Of a DNA stretch of 64,000 nt, positions 25,097 through 36,724 are shown piece after piece. Every line of letters starts with the position of its first letter. Position 1 is the stretch's first letter. This DNA is from Basidiobolus meristosporus CBS 931.73 (lineage: Eukaryota; Fungi; Basidiobolomycota): positions 41,927 through 105,926 of the forward strand of contig MCFE01000273.1 in the NCBI GenBank assembly GCA_002104905.1, in the 5' to 3' direction. The position numbers and the translations under genes are program-made. The notes under the pieces were generated by a model, which worked only from the letters and a program-made list of their open reading frames with translations, searched no databases and was not told the DNA's origin.

Positions 25097-26557
25097 CTAG
25101 AGTGGGTGTAGCTCCAGTAGATGTTGGATGACCTTCGACCCGTCGGAATTTCTGGGCCACCTTCTGACAATAATATCGGTGTGCGCGGTAATCTTGTCCA
25201 TGTAGATGAGTACTTTGGTCCACTTCATTCCGGTCTGGAGGTGGTTGGCGATTCGGATGGCAAGCGCGGGTAACTGCTGGGTGTGAAGGTGATCCTCGGC
25301 TATGGGTTCGTCGAGTTCCACCTCTTCCACATGAACAATGGTCTCAATGGGTCGACGGCTGGAAAACATTCTACTGAGAAATCCGCCGCCAACGAGCTGA
25401 CTGACATCGAAGTTCGAGGCCAAGGAACTGGTTAGGAATCCTACTGAGATATCGTTGGTCGTGTTCGCGTAGGCGGTTCGATTCCGAAATTTGGTCAGCG
25501 CGTGATGGGACGGGGAGCCCGGGTAAGCCATGTTCACCAGGATACTCCTCGAGTCGGGGGCTACGTTGGTGAATCCGTCGATCTCTTCCGTACAGTCGAC
25601 CAACATCAGATCACGCCCACTCTGGCCCATCCCGCCAACCGCGCAGAACTGGTTGGCCACCCAGGGAAGCTCCACGGAGCCTAGAAGCGGCGAGGCAATC
25701 GTCACGAAATGGCATGGTTTGAAAACATCGAAGAAACGCCCACCAGTCCGTTGTTGTAACAGCCCTATGCTGCACAAGTTGTAAACTCCACCGAGAGAAT
25801 GACCGATGAACGAGATCTGGTAGGTGGGGGAAGAGTCGGAAGCGGTTGCGCTTGGTCCACCGAATCGCTCTTCCCATTCCACTTCCTTCAGTAACTTGCT
25901 CGTGATCCGGTCACCACCAGCATACACCCCATCCATGGTTAGGCGGTGATTGACCTCGTATGCAAGCACCACCACCTTCGTATTGGCCGAAGAGATGTTA
26001 GCTCTCTCTATCTCCTCCTTCAGGTGCAGTAGATCTAGTTGGGATCCCATCAGGCCGTGACTAAGGATAACGAGATGGAGCGCCTCCTTCACCTCTTCAT
26101 AGTTTAGTGCACCCCATATCTCCTTGGTCTCCACGGGGGTCAAAGTAGCCTCCATTGCGGCCGCCTCCGAAACATTTGCACCGCTCAGCGAGATACTCAC
26201 CTTGTAAGGGATGGTACTATCACTGCTGATCAGCTCGCTGGATAGATCCAGGATGAAGTGGGTCATGTTAGTAGGGAGCTTGATGCACCAAGTGGCGCCA
26301 CAGTTGACCGCGGGCGAAAACTGAAGCTCCGGGGACAGGTCAGTCAGCGGTAAAGTGGGCCGTACCGGGTCAGCCGGTGAACAATTAGCACTGAATCGAA
26401 AGCAGCCGTTGAACAAGTCCAGGCTCTTCACCACGGAGGCTTGGTTGGTCACTTTCAGCAGAACCCCAACACCCTGCGGCGGGATGGAGCTGAGGGTGAG
26501 CTGATATCGGTGGATCTCACCCACCGATAATTCCCCGGTAACCGAAGTGAGTTGCAT
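25097..26557 (-). CDS. DUF676 putative serine esterase/lipase (ROG1/LPL1-like alpha/beta hydrolase)
   Basis: HLVILSHGLMGS, ISFIGHSLGG nucleophile elbow, FVTIASPLLG, YANTTNDISV, AHTDIIVRR. Likely start MQLTSV at 26557; the ORF is open to 26680. Confidence 0.88.
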   Translation of the reverse strand: MQLTSVTGELSVGEIHRYQLTLSSIPPQGVGVLLKVTNQASVVKSLDLFNGCFRFSANCSPADPVRPTLPLTDLSPELQFSPAVNCGATWCIKLPTNMTHFILDLSSELISSDSTIPYKVSISLSGANVSEAAAMEATLTPVETKEIWGALNYEEVKEALHLVILSHGLMGSQLDLLHLKEEIERANISSANTKVVVLAYEVNHRLTMDGVYAGGDRITSKLLKEVEWEERFGGPSATASDSSPTYQISFIGHSLGGVYNLCSIGLLQQRTGGRFFDVFKPCHFVTIASPLLGSVELPWVANQFCAVGGMGQSGRDLMLVDCTEEIDGFTNVAPDSRSILVNMAYPGSPSHHALTKFRNRTAYANTTNDISVGFLTSSLASNFDVSQLVGGGFLSRMFSSRRPIETIVHVEEVELDEPIAEDHLHTQQLPALAIRIANHLQTGMKWTKVLIYMDKITAHTDIIVRRWPRNSDGSKVIQHLLELHPL

Positions 26558-27615
26558 CTTGTGGAAACTTGGTAAACCTTGAGGAATTACGATATCCACA
26601 AAGCGTGCGTGATTACGAGCCTCCTGATAAATCCATGATGACCAGATCACCCATCTTGATCCTCTGGCCAATCTGCACATTTAGGGTGCCCCCCCCCTAC
26701 TTTTCAGTGAGCTGAGTAACCACTAGGTCCATTTGGGTTTCCAGTCAGCCTCGCGCACGATACGGGGGTGAAAGGGCTGATCGTTCTGGGATTGGATCCA
26801 TGCTGTGGTGGTTTCATTACTTGTGAGATGTATTTGTGTGTGTGAACGGTGCCCATCCTGGAGTGTGTTGATGTAGATGCTGTCTTTCTACTTGATACCT
26901 AGGCTTTGTCTCATTGACCATGCATCCAAATTGTTTGTGTAGCGTGATCAATGAGATGTATGCATCTCTTGTGTGGACCCAATGTGTATGGAGATCCAAC
27001 ATATCTCTCCAAGGGTCTAGGTAACAGCTGGGATATTCCATTTTTGGCACGTGACAGGCCCTAAATCTATCTCGAATCTCAATCTCGGCGATCCTTTTGG
27101 GATTGAGGCGGGATCCTTGGTGGATGTGAAATGGCACATGAATACGAGGTTGAGGTGGACGTATTGTTTACTTGTCTAATGTGTGATTAGTCCGGTGTAT
27201 ACATTTACAAAAAGGGCTGGGTGTCGTTGCGAAACATGGTCACCCAATTTCTTGGCCTAGGTGCCGGCGGGGTCAGATAGTAGTAGTGGTAGTAGTAGTG
27301 TTGTTGATGCTTATGGAGGTGGAGGTAGGGATGGCGGTGAATGAAGACAAGTTACGCAGGCAGGGTTGTGCCGAGCAAATATAGATGGTAGACGGATACG
27401 GGAGTAGCCCTTTAGCAAGTCGGGTAAGCACAAAGGGTTCCTGTGCAGAGTTGAATCTCCAGAATGTAGGTGGCTGGAGAGGCCCCAACAAAATCTTCAA
27501 AACCTGTGAAGAATTCCATGCACAACCACCTTTCGGTGAAACTGAGTGTTCAGCAAGTGGTGGACGCTTCGATGCCCTAGATGTGTGACTGTTCTATGCT
27601 CACCCAATGTCATCC

Positions 27616-29687
27616 TTAAGAAGATACCCCATCCAAGCTTACTTTGTAGATCGCCAGAGGCAGTTCATCATTGTCGTCGTCAGTATTTTTCAGATCTCCA
27701 TTTTGGTTTTCGTTCTCTCCATCTTGCTTCATGGGTAGATTCATGTCGTTCGGGTGGGAGGTTGAATGCTGGCGAATGGCAGTCGGCGGAGTGGGCGGCA
27801 TAATGGCCATATTGCTATTGTAAATTCTTAGCTGCTGCCGGCTGTACTGCGGGCTCTTTACCAGGAACTCCGACCGCTTGCCGTTTGCATAACCCTCAGG
27901 GTGATTTGATATGTGACGCTTCCCTCTCCGACGCCCGCCTATAGGCTTGCCCTGGACTGCGATGGTAGATGGGTCCTCGACAAAAGTGGGATCAAAATTT
28001 TCCTGATTGATGACGGAGATATACCAATACAACATGTTGGAGATAAGGACTTGCTGGAGTAGAGGTCGGCGAGGGTTGGTCAACTTGATGTGGGAAAGTC
28101 GATATATCCCTCTCTCTATGTAGATTGGCAATCGACGAGGATCCGTCTGGTAGCTCGGTTTGCAAGGCTGGTCAGTGGTTTTGAGACTCCCGCCGCCGTC
28201 GTGCAAGGATGGGCCTTTTTTCTTCGACTTGGTGAACAGCGTAAGGAAGGAGGGTTTCTTGTTTTTGCTTGGACTGCGAGGGGGTACGAGTTCTTTCTTG
28301 AAAGTGGCCACCGTGGGCTTGGAGTCAGTCTTCTGCTTAGTGGCCTCAATCACTCTGGCGTCCCGATCCCCTTCAAAATTGAGGAAAGCGTCATCTAAGG
28401 AGGGTTTCTTCGTTCTTTTCGCCTTCGCTGGTTTGAAATTAGGCTCGGTGTTCCAAAACCGAGACCATGAATAGGACTTCTTCTTTCGATCCGTGGGAGC
28501 AGACTCCCCGTTGGCCTCCGACTCCATTGTGCTGGGAGCTTCTAAATGGGTTTCTATGCTCGGTCAGTCAAGGGGTCTTGGCGAAAGGGTGGACAAAGTT
28601 GGCCAACTTACCTGGGTTGATGTTGGTGGGCAAAGAGTCGCTCCTCGGTGGAGGAGCTTGGATGCTTATCGATGCGTCGGAAGTAGTTGATTTAGGATAC
28701 TCACAAAGAGAGCCGTGCATATGGTCATCGGAGTCATCATCGAGTGAGGTTGCTTCAGACAGACTACTCTCCTCAGAGGGACTCGTTTCCTCCACCTTAT
28801 CTTCTTCACCCTGCATACCATCCTCCTTCTCCTGGAGATCGCATGTGCTGCCACTCCATGTGGATTTGACCGAGTCGCGCCTGACTTTTGTTCTCGCGCT
28901 GCGTTTTAATGAGGTTCGAAGGTTTTTACTTTGGATCCGAAATGGGGTGTTGAACACGGACGACGCAGGTTCGCTCTCGTCTTTGTTGAATCGAAAGGAG
29001 AGAGAATAGACCGAGGGGTAAGAGGAATAATTAGACATTTCATGCAAGGCCATGTAAGATACAATCACTCTAACGTAGGATCACCCATCCTCGATTTTCC
29101 TCAGGGACTTGAGTGGAAACTCGAGCTAACCAAAGGATAACGAATAACTCTATGAAAAGCGACAAACCTTTGGTTCTTGGTATCTTCATCCCATCAGTCA
29201 CCGTAAGCTGTCGACGCAGTTTGGAGGGAGTCAACGGCGGCTTGCTAGTCTTGGTCTCGTCGGTGACGAATTTTTCCGTATAGTGGGTGCCATCATACGA
29301 ATGTAGGGACAGTATGGATTTACGGCGGGTTAGGGGGTTTTCGGAGGAATTAACTGCGCTGGAATGTTTCTGCAGCCAAGCGTGAAATTGATGAGGGTCT
29401 ATCTCCGGATGGAGGTGGGCTGGGACCCAGTAGAGGTGAGAGGGATCCTCCTCACGTAGCGCCCAGTCCATTAGTGTATTCTGCCCATTGCAATGGTTTT
29501 CCTCCAGCTCGTTGGTTAGGGCTGAGGTGGTTTCGGTCAGGGTCGCTTCGCTTTCGGTGGGCAAGAGGACGTAGGTCATCTTGGTGGTGGCATTCAGCCC
29601 CGATGGATTCGTGGACGAGCCAAACGCCTCCCTGTCGTCCAGTGGTATTTGCTTCTTGGTGAGATTAACAGTGGGGGAATTTACCAT
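27616..29687 (-). CDS. ZDS1: Zds1-like protein (PP2A-Cdc55 regulator), spliced; about 4 coding exons
   Basis: N-terminal YWVPAHLHPEI, central LKRSARTKVRR, C-terminal Zds_C motif RLPIYIERGIYRLSHIKLTNPRRPLLQQVLISNMLYWY. Clear intron 28554-28611 (GTAAGT..CTGAC..TAG). Further short introns near 29120-29165 and 28980-29075. Confidence 0.9.
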
Positions 29688-30417
29688 CTGTAGGAAGAAG
29701 AGGGGAATTGAGCCAACACATACTGGCGCAGAGTACTTGAAGCACCAACTTACCTTGGTAAGCCCTCAACAACAGGTAGTACAACACGAGTACTATCACT
29801 GGATCGGGAAGGATATTTAGACAGGGGAACTGGAAATAAAATAAACCTGCTTGGAGCAATTAAAACAATCCAAGGCTATTGTAAAAATAAATGAACTAGG
29901 CAAATTGTTTACAATACAATATAAAATTTTATCCCAAGACAGCAGATGTAATGTGGACGGCCAGATGGTACAAGAAATCACCCACTGCCGATCCGATGAT
30001 TCAGCTTGATATGGCATTCCTTAGTATGGGATTTCAAGGAGAAGCAATAAGTGACAGCATTTGAGCTGGGCAGATGGAACTGAATCATATTATGGCTCAC
30101 CTCCGGAAAATTGTGTACCATCCAGTGGGCGTCACAGCGGCATCAAGTATGTGGGGGTTGCCAACTCCGCACAAATTTATGCAACATTGTGGGATTGTGA
30201 GGCGCTGGTGATTAGCTATGCCTATTCGATCACTGGGCAATGGCCATGGCAATGGCAATAAGAATGGCAGTAGCAATGCCGATGTGCTGATCCTCCTGTG
30301 TCGAGTTGGCCGAAATCAAAATTTTTGTGCACCTACGCCGGGTCTCATTTATAAGTCCCTTTACACGGTTCACCGTCTTCCCTTTCACCTTGGTTTATCC
30401 TTGTCAACTAGACCACC

Positions 30418-31353
30418 ATGGTATGTGCTGTCTGCTCAATTGTTTTGTAGAATATCTGCTGCACTTGCCGAGCGACCATTGTCCATGCTTGGATCTACCT
30501 TAGATGTGTGTGCTAGATGGATGGATGCACAGTGTTGACTGATCCGATTTTTTATGTGTAGGCTCGCGGACCAAAAAAGCATCTCAAGCGTCTTAACGCA
30601 CCCAAGCACTGGATGCTCGACAAACTCACCGGCACTTACGCCCCCAGACCCTCTGCTGGTCCCCACAAGCTTCGTGAGTGCCTTCCCTTGGTTATCTTCT
30701 TGAGAAACCGTCTCAAGTATGCCCTTACCAAGAAGGAGGTCCAGAGCATCCTTATGCAGCGCTTGGTCAAGGTCGACGGTAAGGTCAGAACCGATACCAC
30801 CTATCCTTCCGGCTTCATGGATGTCATTTCGATCGAGCAGACCGGTGAGCATTTCCGTCTTGTTTACGACACCAAGGGTCGCTTTACCGTCCACAGAATC
30901 TCTGCCGAAGAGGCCGACTATAAGCTTTGCAAGGTCAAGAAGGTTCAGATCGGCGCCAAGGGAATTCCTTTCGTCATTACCCACGACGGCCGTACCCTCC
31001 GTTACCCTGATCCCCTCGTCAAGGCCAACGACACCGTCAAACTTGATCTCCAAACCGGCAAGATGACCGATTTCGTCAAATTCGATGTCGGAAATGTTGC
31101 CATGATCACTGGTGGTCGTAACATGGGTCGTGTCGGTGTCATCACCCATCGTGAGAAGCACCACGGTGGCTTCGACATCGTTCACGTGAAGGATGCCCTT
31201 GACCGTCAATTTGCCACTCGTTTGTCCAACGTCTTCGTCATTGGCGAAAGCAACAAGCCCTGGATTTCCTTGCCCAAGAACAAGGGTGTCAAACTCACCA
31301 TCACCGAAGAGCGTGATCGTAGAAGAGAAAGACAATTGGCTGGTTCTGCTTAA
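30418..31353 (+). CDS. RPS4: 40S ribosomal protein S4 (eS4); join(30418..30420,30562..31353), 264 aa
   Basis: ATG in CACCATGG, then intron GTATGT...TAG (30421-30561). Exon 2 reads [22 protein letters not shown]...LRECLPL...ITGGRNMGR...[12 protein letters not shown]. Confidence 0.98.
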
Positions 31354-34060
31354 GCCACCCGCTCGTTCGCTCGAAAACCATCAATAAAAGCGTCGCTCCT
31401 TCATTAGAGAAGTAATTACATTTGCAATAGAAATTTCACTGGCTTGTTCGCCGAATGGCTATTATTATTGGATAGAAGCACGCTGCCATGAGTCGGGAGC
31501 CGTATGCTACTTGTACAAAAGAATGGTGTGGGGGCTGTTTGTTCGACTTGATATACTCCGCTACTTGATGGACCTAGTATACTAAGCAAGAAACCATCGC
31601 CAGGCAGAATGTGGCATGGCCATTCATTTCTATTTTTTCTCTGGACTATATATAACTGGCATATAGTCTCTGCCCTTGCAGCACTATTGATTCCGCACCA
31701 CCACGAGTGTCTCCCACTTTCCCTACGGGATTGGAAATTTTGTCTGTCGGGTCGCGCTCTATGAACACTAGAACGATTGAAAGAGTTCCCTCAGTGCATC
31801 ACCTAGTTGGCTTGTACCGAAGCTGATCAGATAGGCTCGGATGAGGATGAATGCTGCGCCCGAGCCATATCCAGCATAACTGCCTTAAGGCTTCAATAAC
31901 TTGTATATGAGGATAATATGTTCGGCCAATGAAAAAGGTGGGCGAAGCGCAGCATGGGGGATGGAACCAGATTAATCTGTGTTGGTTGTTCAGAATGAGA
32001 TGAAGCACGGTGGCCGATAAGCAACCTTACTCGCTCTCCACTCCTATTGTAATCGATCAATGAGTGCTGAGTTTCGACCGCATTAAACGGAGTTGGGGGC
32101 TGTGCAGTTGGTTCAACCAGAATATGAAATCCTCAGGCACGTGTCTCGAAAGCAATTTAGCGAATTCGCTTTGTAGCTATTTGTGATCGAAATCACCAAT
32201 ATATCGGTATATAGAAGGATCAACAATTCCTAACAGGAAATAACAGGGCTTTACAATACGTCCATAGCAGCCAAGGCGCATTGGTTAAACAGGTGATATC
32301 TTGCTAGTTGGTATGACCTAGATATGGGAACTTTGTTCTTTGCATGAAGCGCCGGTGGCACTGGCTTCTACCAGGCACCTTCCATCAACGGGTTAGAATA
32401 CATGCTACCATACCCCCTATTGCTGACATCGATATGGAGCAGATGTGGAGGTATTCAGTATATATGGATCGATTCTGATCTTGATTTCCAGATTGTTAAT
32501 ATACGTGCACGTAGAACAAAGACTGATCAGGAGTCTATTGGCTCCAGGTGAAAGTAGTTCACATACGGTAAGATCTGAGCAATGATGGTTTACACTCGCC
32601 TATTGGGAAACAGTATTACAACGCCCTACTTCTGCGAGCAGTCCGGGATTGTAGCGTGGGTGGGGAAAGGGTTTGAAGATCAATGTTCGGGATAGTATTT
32701 TCACCGTATCGAAGTAGATGTCCCAACAGTAGCTTGATTAACAACCGTGCACTTCTGTGGGTACTCTACGCATCTCAGAACCTAGGCTCCCGTCAAGAGT
32801 ATAACGGGTGTGAATCTATCATGCTTATTTAATTTCATGCTATACTATTATTCATCACCAACGGAATACTCAGTCAGGTTACAGGTACTCAGGTTGAAAT
32901 TTATAGTGTATCTTCCAAACCACATCATATTCAACAAAAATCCAGCACAGATCTAACTTTTGACTCTAAATAGTGGTCTAGTTATTTTATTGAAATATGC
33001 TGATTGTAACTATCACAAAAATCAATGGCTATCAAACTAACTTTGCACATATAAACAGGGCGCCCATAGTAAATAGAATATCCACTTGTACATATTACTA
33101 TGTTAAGAGACTTTAATGCCATAAAGTGAGCATCAAGATAATAGGCTCTTTACAAATATATAGGAAAATAAATTGGGACCCTCCAGATGTCATCAATTTT
33201 TGCTAGATGAAGACCTATGAGGAAATCAAGAATCAATATTACAACAGCTTCCTAAACTCCCCACTGAAGTATGATTCATATCATATTGCTCATCTATAAG
33301 GCTGATTAGTGGTGGCTTAAGGTGCTACATTTTGGGCCAATGATCTGAATAGGCTGTAGGCATTTTTTGCTGTTTCACCAACAGATACATAAGGTTCATA
33401 AGCTTTAGTATCTTGCTATTAGCCTTCAGCATATTACCCTCAGTGCTTTTCCATTCAAAGATGCTATTTTTGGTTTTTGGTCATGTTGGTGAAAGTCTTG
33501 ACTATTGCACATTGAGTGGTATATTGATGGTCTTTGAATTTAAAGGTAGCTCAGTCTGCCTTGGAGAGTCCCTAAATGTTGTGGTGTCAAGAGATTACTC
33601 TTTGCAGCAAGACTAAGACTCATTCACTTGAGGTTAATATATGGAGCATATTTGCTGATTTTAATGCTATGACACATTTCTAGCTACTCCAAATATACTG
33701 GGCATTGACTCCACCAGGTATTTTCCTGTTTTTCTCTAGTGTACATTAGGATGGAAATATTCCTAGCCTTTGACACCACTGGCTAACCATGAACATTCAA
33801 TGTCAACACTATAGATATTGTAGCTCTCCCTTTAGGCCTTTGAATAACACAAGAGATAATTGACTGCACAGGTCAAGTACTAAGCATAGTTTATTTTAGT
33901 TATGATACCAACAACTGAGTTGCATATTCAACTTTGATTATTTTATTCAACACATACCTCTCACAGATGTTCCAGGCTCACCCAAGTACACAATTCCTCT
34001 TTGAGCCCAATATATGCTCATTGAATCTGATTCTTGGCCAATTGAGTCACTCTGAAAAAT

Positions 34061-34300
34061 CTCAAAGTTGGAATTCACTGGATTTTTAGCCAGTATTCAG
34101 CAGGTATTCTGATGGTATTCAGCTGGTGTTTCTGCCTCATATTTTCTGCTGTAATTACAATAGAAGTGATGAGCAGCTGATTTTTAAAATTGTGCCAAGT
34201 GCTAGTTAGCCTAATCTACCCTGTAAAGGATGTCTTATTGTCTACTGTGAAGCTAGTACCTGGGATACTGATAGATGCCACTTTTGGGAAAATTGGAATT
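34061..34300. repeat. Unclassified dispersed repeat (family X); other copies near 23665, 45138 and, inverted, ~41530-41695 and ~46390-46560
   Basis: Shared block CTCAAAGTTGGAATTCACTGGATTTTTAGC..GTATTC..C.GGT..TT, extending to GATGAGCAGCTGATT...GTGAAGCTAGTACCTG...CACTTTTGGGAAA in the 34-kb and 45-kb copies. Confidence 0.6.
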
Positions 34301-34470
34301 CAGATGATATTGTCACAGTATCTTGTTGGCCTTTCCTCTATTTTTTCTCTTAGGGAATACACTACAAATAATCTAGAACACATATGCTCAACTTGAAGTA
34401 TTTAGTAAGAAGGTATATAAGCTCTTGTATTACTCTGTGGCAAGGGATTTGCTGCTCTTATTGCTAATAT

Positions 34471-34818
34471 TATTGTAAGAGTCTTGGAAATATTGGAAGT
34501 GATTGGGAGAACAAGTAGATTATGTGGATTTCACTTAATGATTTATTGAATGTAAAAGTAGTATTTATACTTTTACCTGGTCTTGGCATTACAAACACGT
34601 AGAATAGGTTAAGGAAGGTCCCAAGAACATGTGTGCAAAGTTTGGGGCTGTTTGGACAACTTTGAGAATTTTCATGTTCTGGGTACCTGGCATTTTGGTG
34701 AAAATATTCTAAGTAAATCCCAACAAGGAATTTGGTCAGTATTCTCTAGGATTTGAGGTGATGATCTAAGTGACTAAGTTAGGTGAATATTTAGGTGGAA
34801 ATACCAATTTTTACAACA
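34471..34818 (-). repeat. Solo LTR, Copia family B
   Basis: Near-identical to the B1 LTRs; TSD AATAT on both sides. Confidence 0.94.
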
Positions 34819-35045
34819 AATATTACATGCAATGCAGGAACCAAATTTCTGAGAGGGGACAAGTGACTGCATTAAATCTCACTCAGGTTGTTTTACCATG
34901 CTAGGCAAGCACTGGAGGGTACTTTGGCAAATACCAACTATGTGCCCTCCTTGATTTCTAAGTTCCATTAAGTATCCACTTATGAATAAGCATAGTCCAA
35001 AACTCCACTTTGCAATCAATGAGGTATTCTTGAAAAATGTATTCC

Positions 35046-36028
35046 TGTTATAAGAGTCTTGAAGATGTTGGAAGTGATTAGGAGAACAAGTAGAGTATGT
35101 GGTTTTTGCTTAGCAATTTATTGTATGAAAAGCAGTTTTGTACTTTTACAACTCTCCCACTCAGCTAAATGTTCATACTGACTAGTCCTAATCTTGACCT
35201 AAGATATTCAAACTTGTCTCTAGCTAATGGTTTGGTAAATATATCAGCAATCATTTCATCTGTAGGACAGTAAACTAAGCTAACTAAGCTATTCTCTATA
35301 GCTTCACGTATGAAATGATGTCTAATATCTATGTGCTTGGTTCTAGCATGAAAAGTTGGACTTCTACCTAGTTGTATACATCCTTGGTTATCTTGAAATA
35401 AAGTAATAGGCGTTTTTTGACATAGGCCTAAATCTGTAAAAAGCTTTCTTGACCACATTGCTTCTTTTGTAGCTTCACAGGCTGCCATATACTCTGCCTC
35501 TGTGGTAGAAAGTGCTATGGTTGGTTGCTTTCTTGAGTTCCATGAAATTGCTCCCTTGCAGTAAAGAAAGGTGTATCCTGTGGTAGATCTTCTGTCTTCC
35601 AAATTTTGTCCCCAATCAGCATCAGAGTATCCCACAAGATTCTGTTCTGAATCCTTATAAGTGTATCTTAAGCAGATATCAGCAGTTCCTTTTAGGTATC
35701 TAAAAATCCGCTTAACTGCTGCAATATGATCAGATCCATAGTTCTGATTATGTTGGCTGACAACTCCCACTGAATATGAGATATCTGGATGTGTTCCAAG
35801 CATAATATACATCAGACTGCCAACCATAGATTGATAAGGAAAGTCAGGGCTTTCAGATGGCACCAAGCTTTCTTGATTTGGTTGAGTTTTGACCAAGCTA
35901 AGGTTTGTCTCCATTGGGGTAGCTGCTGGTTTACAGTCTTCCATTTGATACTTCTTTAGTGTATCTTAAATATACTTGGATTGGCTTAGGGTGATAGTCT
36001 GGGTACTTCTGTCTATGGAGAACTTAAT
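35046..36028 (-). mobile_element. 3' fragment of Copia B (B3): internally deleted LTR, PPT, RNase H and end of RT
   Basis: ORF 35165-35944 is nearly identical to 4055-4804; PPT CTCCCACTC on the + strand; homology ends at TTAAT 36024-36028. Confidence 0.92.
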
Positions 36029-36724
36029 GGCTGTCTGAGGTAGATGTATTGCACTGCCATTGATCTGACTTGGTTACCAGCATTATGATTTTGGTGAAGC
36101 ACAATAACCATGAAAATGGAATGTGTATGCTAGCCCTTAACGTAGGCTCGTAACTGCATTTTCAGGGTTGAATTTGGTGTTTCTTTGTAGTCACCACTAC
36201 AGCATACAAATACTATCAGAAGTGCTTGTTTATTGAGTAGATGACCTCCCGCATATTATCTTGGAGGCTTTTTTCGCGCGACGTTGGCATCTTGAGGGCA
36301 ACGAGCGCGCAAGGCCACGAACATACTGCAACCGGTTGTCAAGGGTTGAGTGGTACATCGAAATATTTACCAAACACAAACATCTCGAAAAGAATTTGCT
36401 TTTGATTGCAAAGAGTGCCTAGAAGTACAAACGCACCATATGAAACTGATAAAGCCACAGGTGGATATCTCACAATTCTAGCTCTGCAAATCACTTCTAC
36501 TACTCCCTGGGTCGTAGCAAACAAGCAGTAGTTCAAATATGGCAATCATAAACAGAACATACGGTTGCGATCTCATGGTTTAGCATCTCACCACTTAACA
36601 ATCAGACACCATTTTCTACAAAAAGCTGTAAATACCTGATCAAGAAGTGAGCGTGAGTGTCCATTTGACTCATTGATATTGGTGCGATGTTGTTATTCTT
36701 GGATCATGATGAGGGATATGATGT

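Noticed and set aside
27275-27310. (TAG)n-like microsatellite
   Set aside because: Short, imperfect and in a probable 3' UTR; no evidence of function.
30421-30561. Possible intronic snoRNA in the RPS4 intron
   Set aside because: No C box (RUGAUGA) or convincing H/ACA architecture; the CTGA near the end is better explained as the branch region.
30436-31335. 299-aa ORF antisense to RPS4
   Set aside because: A shadow ORF caused by the strong codon bias of a highly expressed gene; the sense frame is unambiguously eS4.
32000-32130. tRNA- or SINE-like A/B boxes (TGGCCGATAAG, GTTTCGACC, GGTTCAACC)
   Set aside because: No cloverleaf can be built and the box spacing and sequence are poor.
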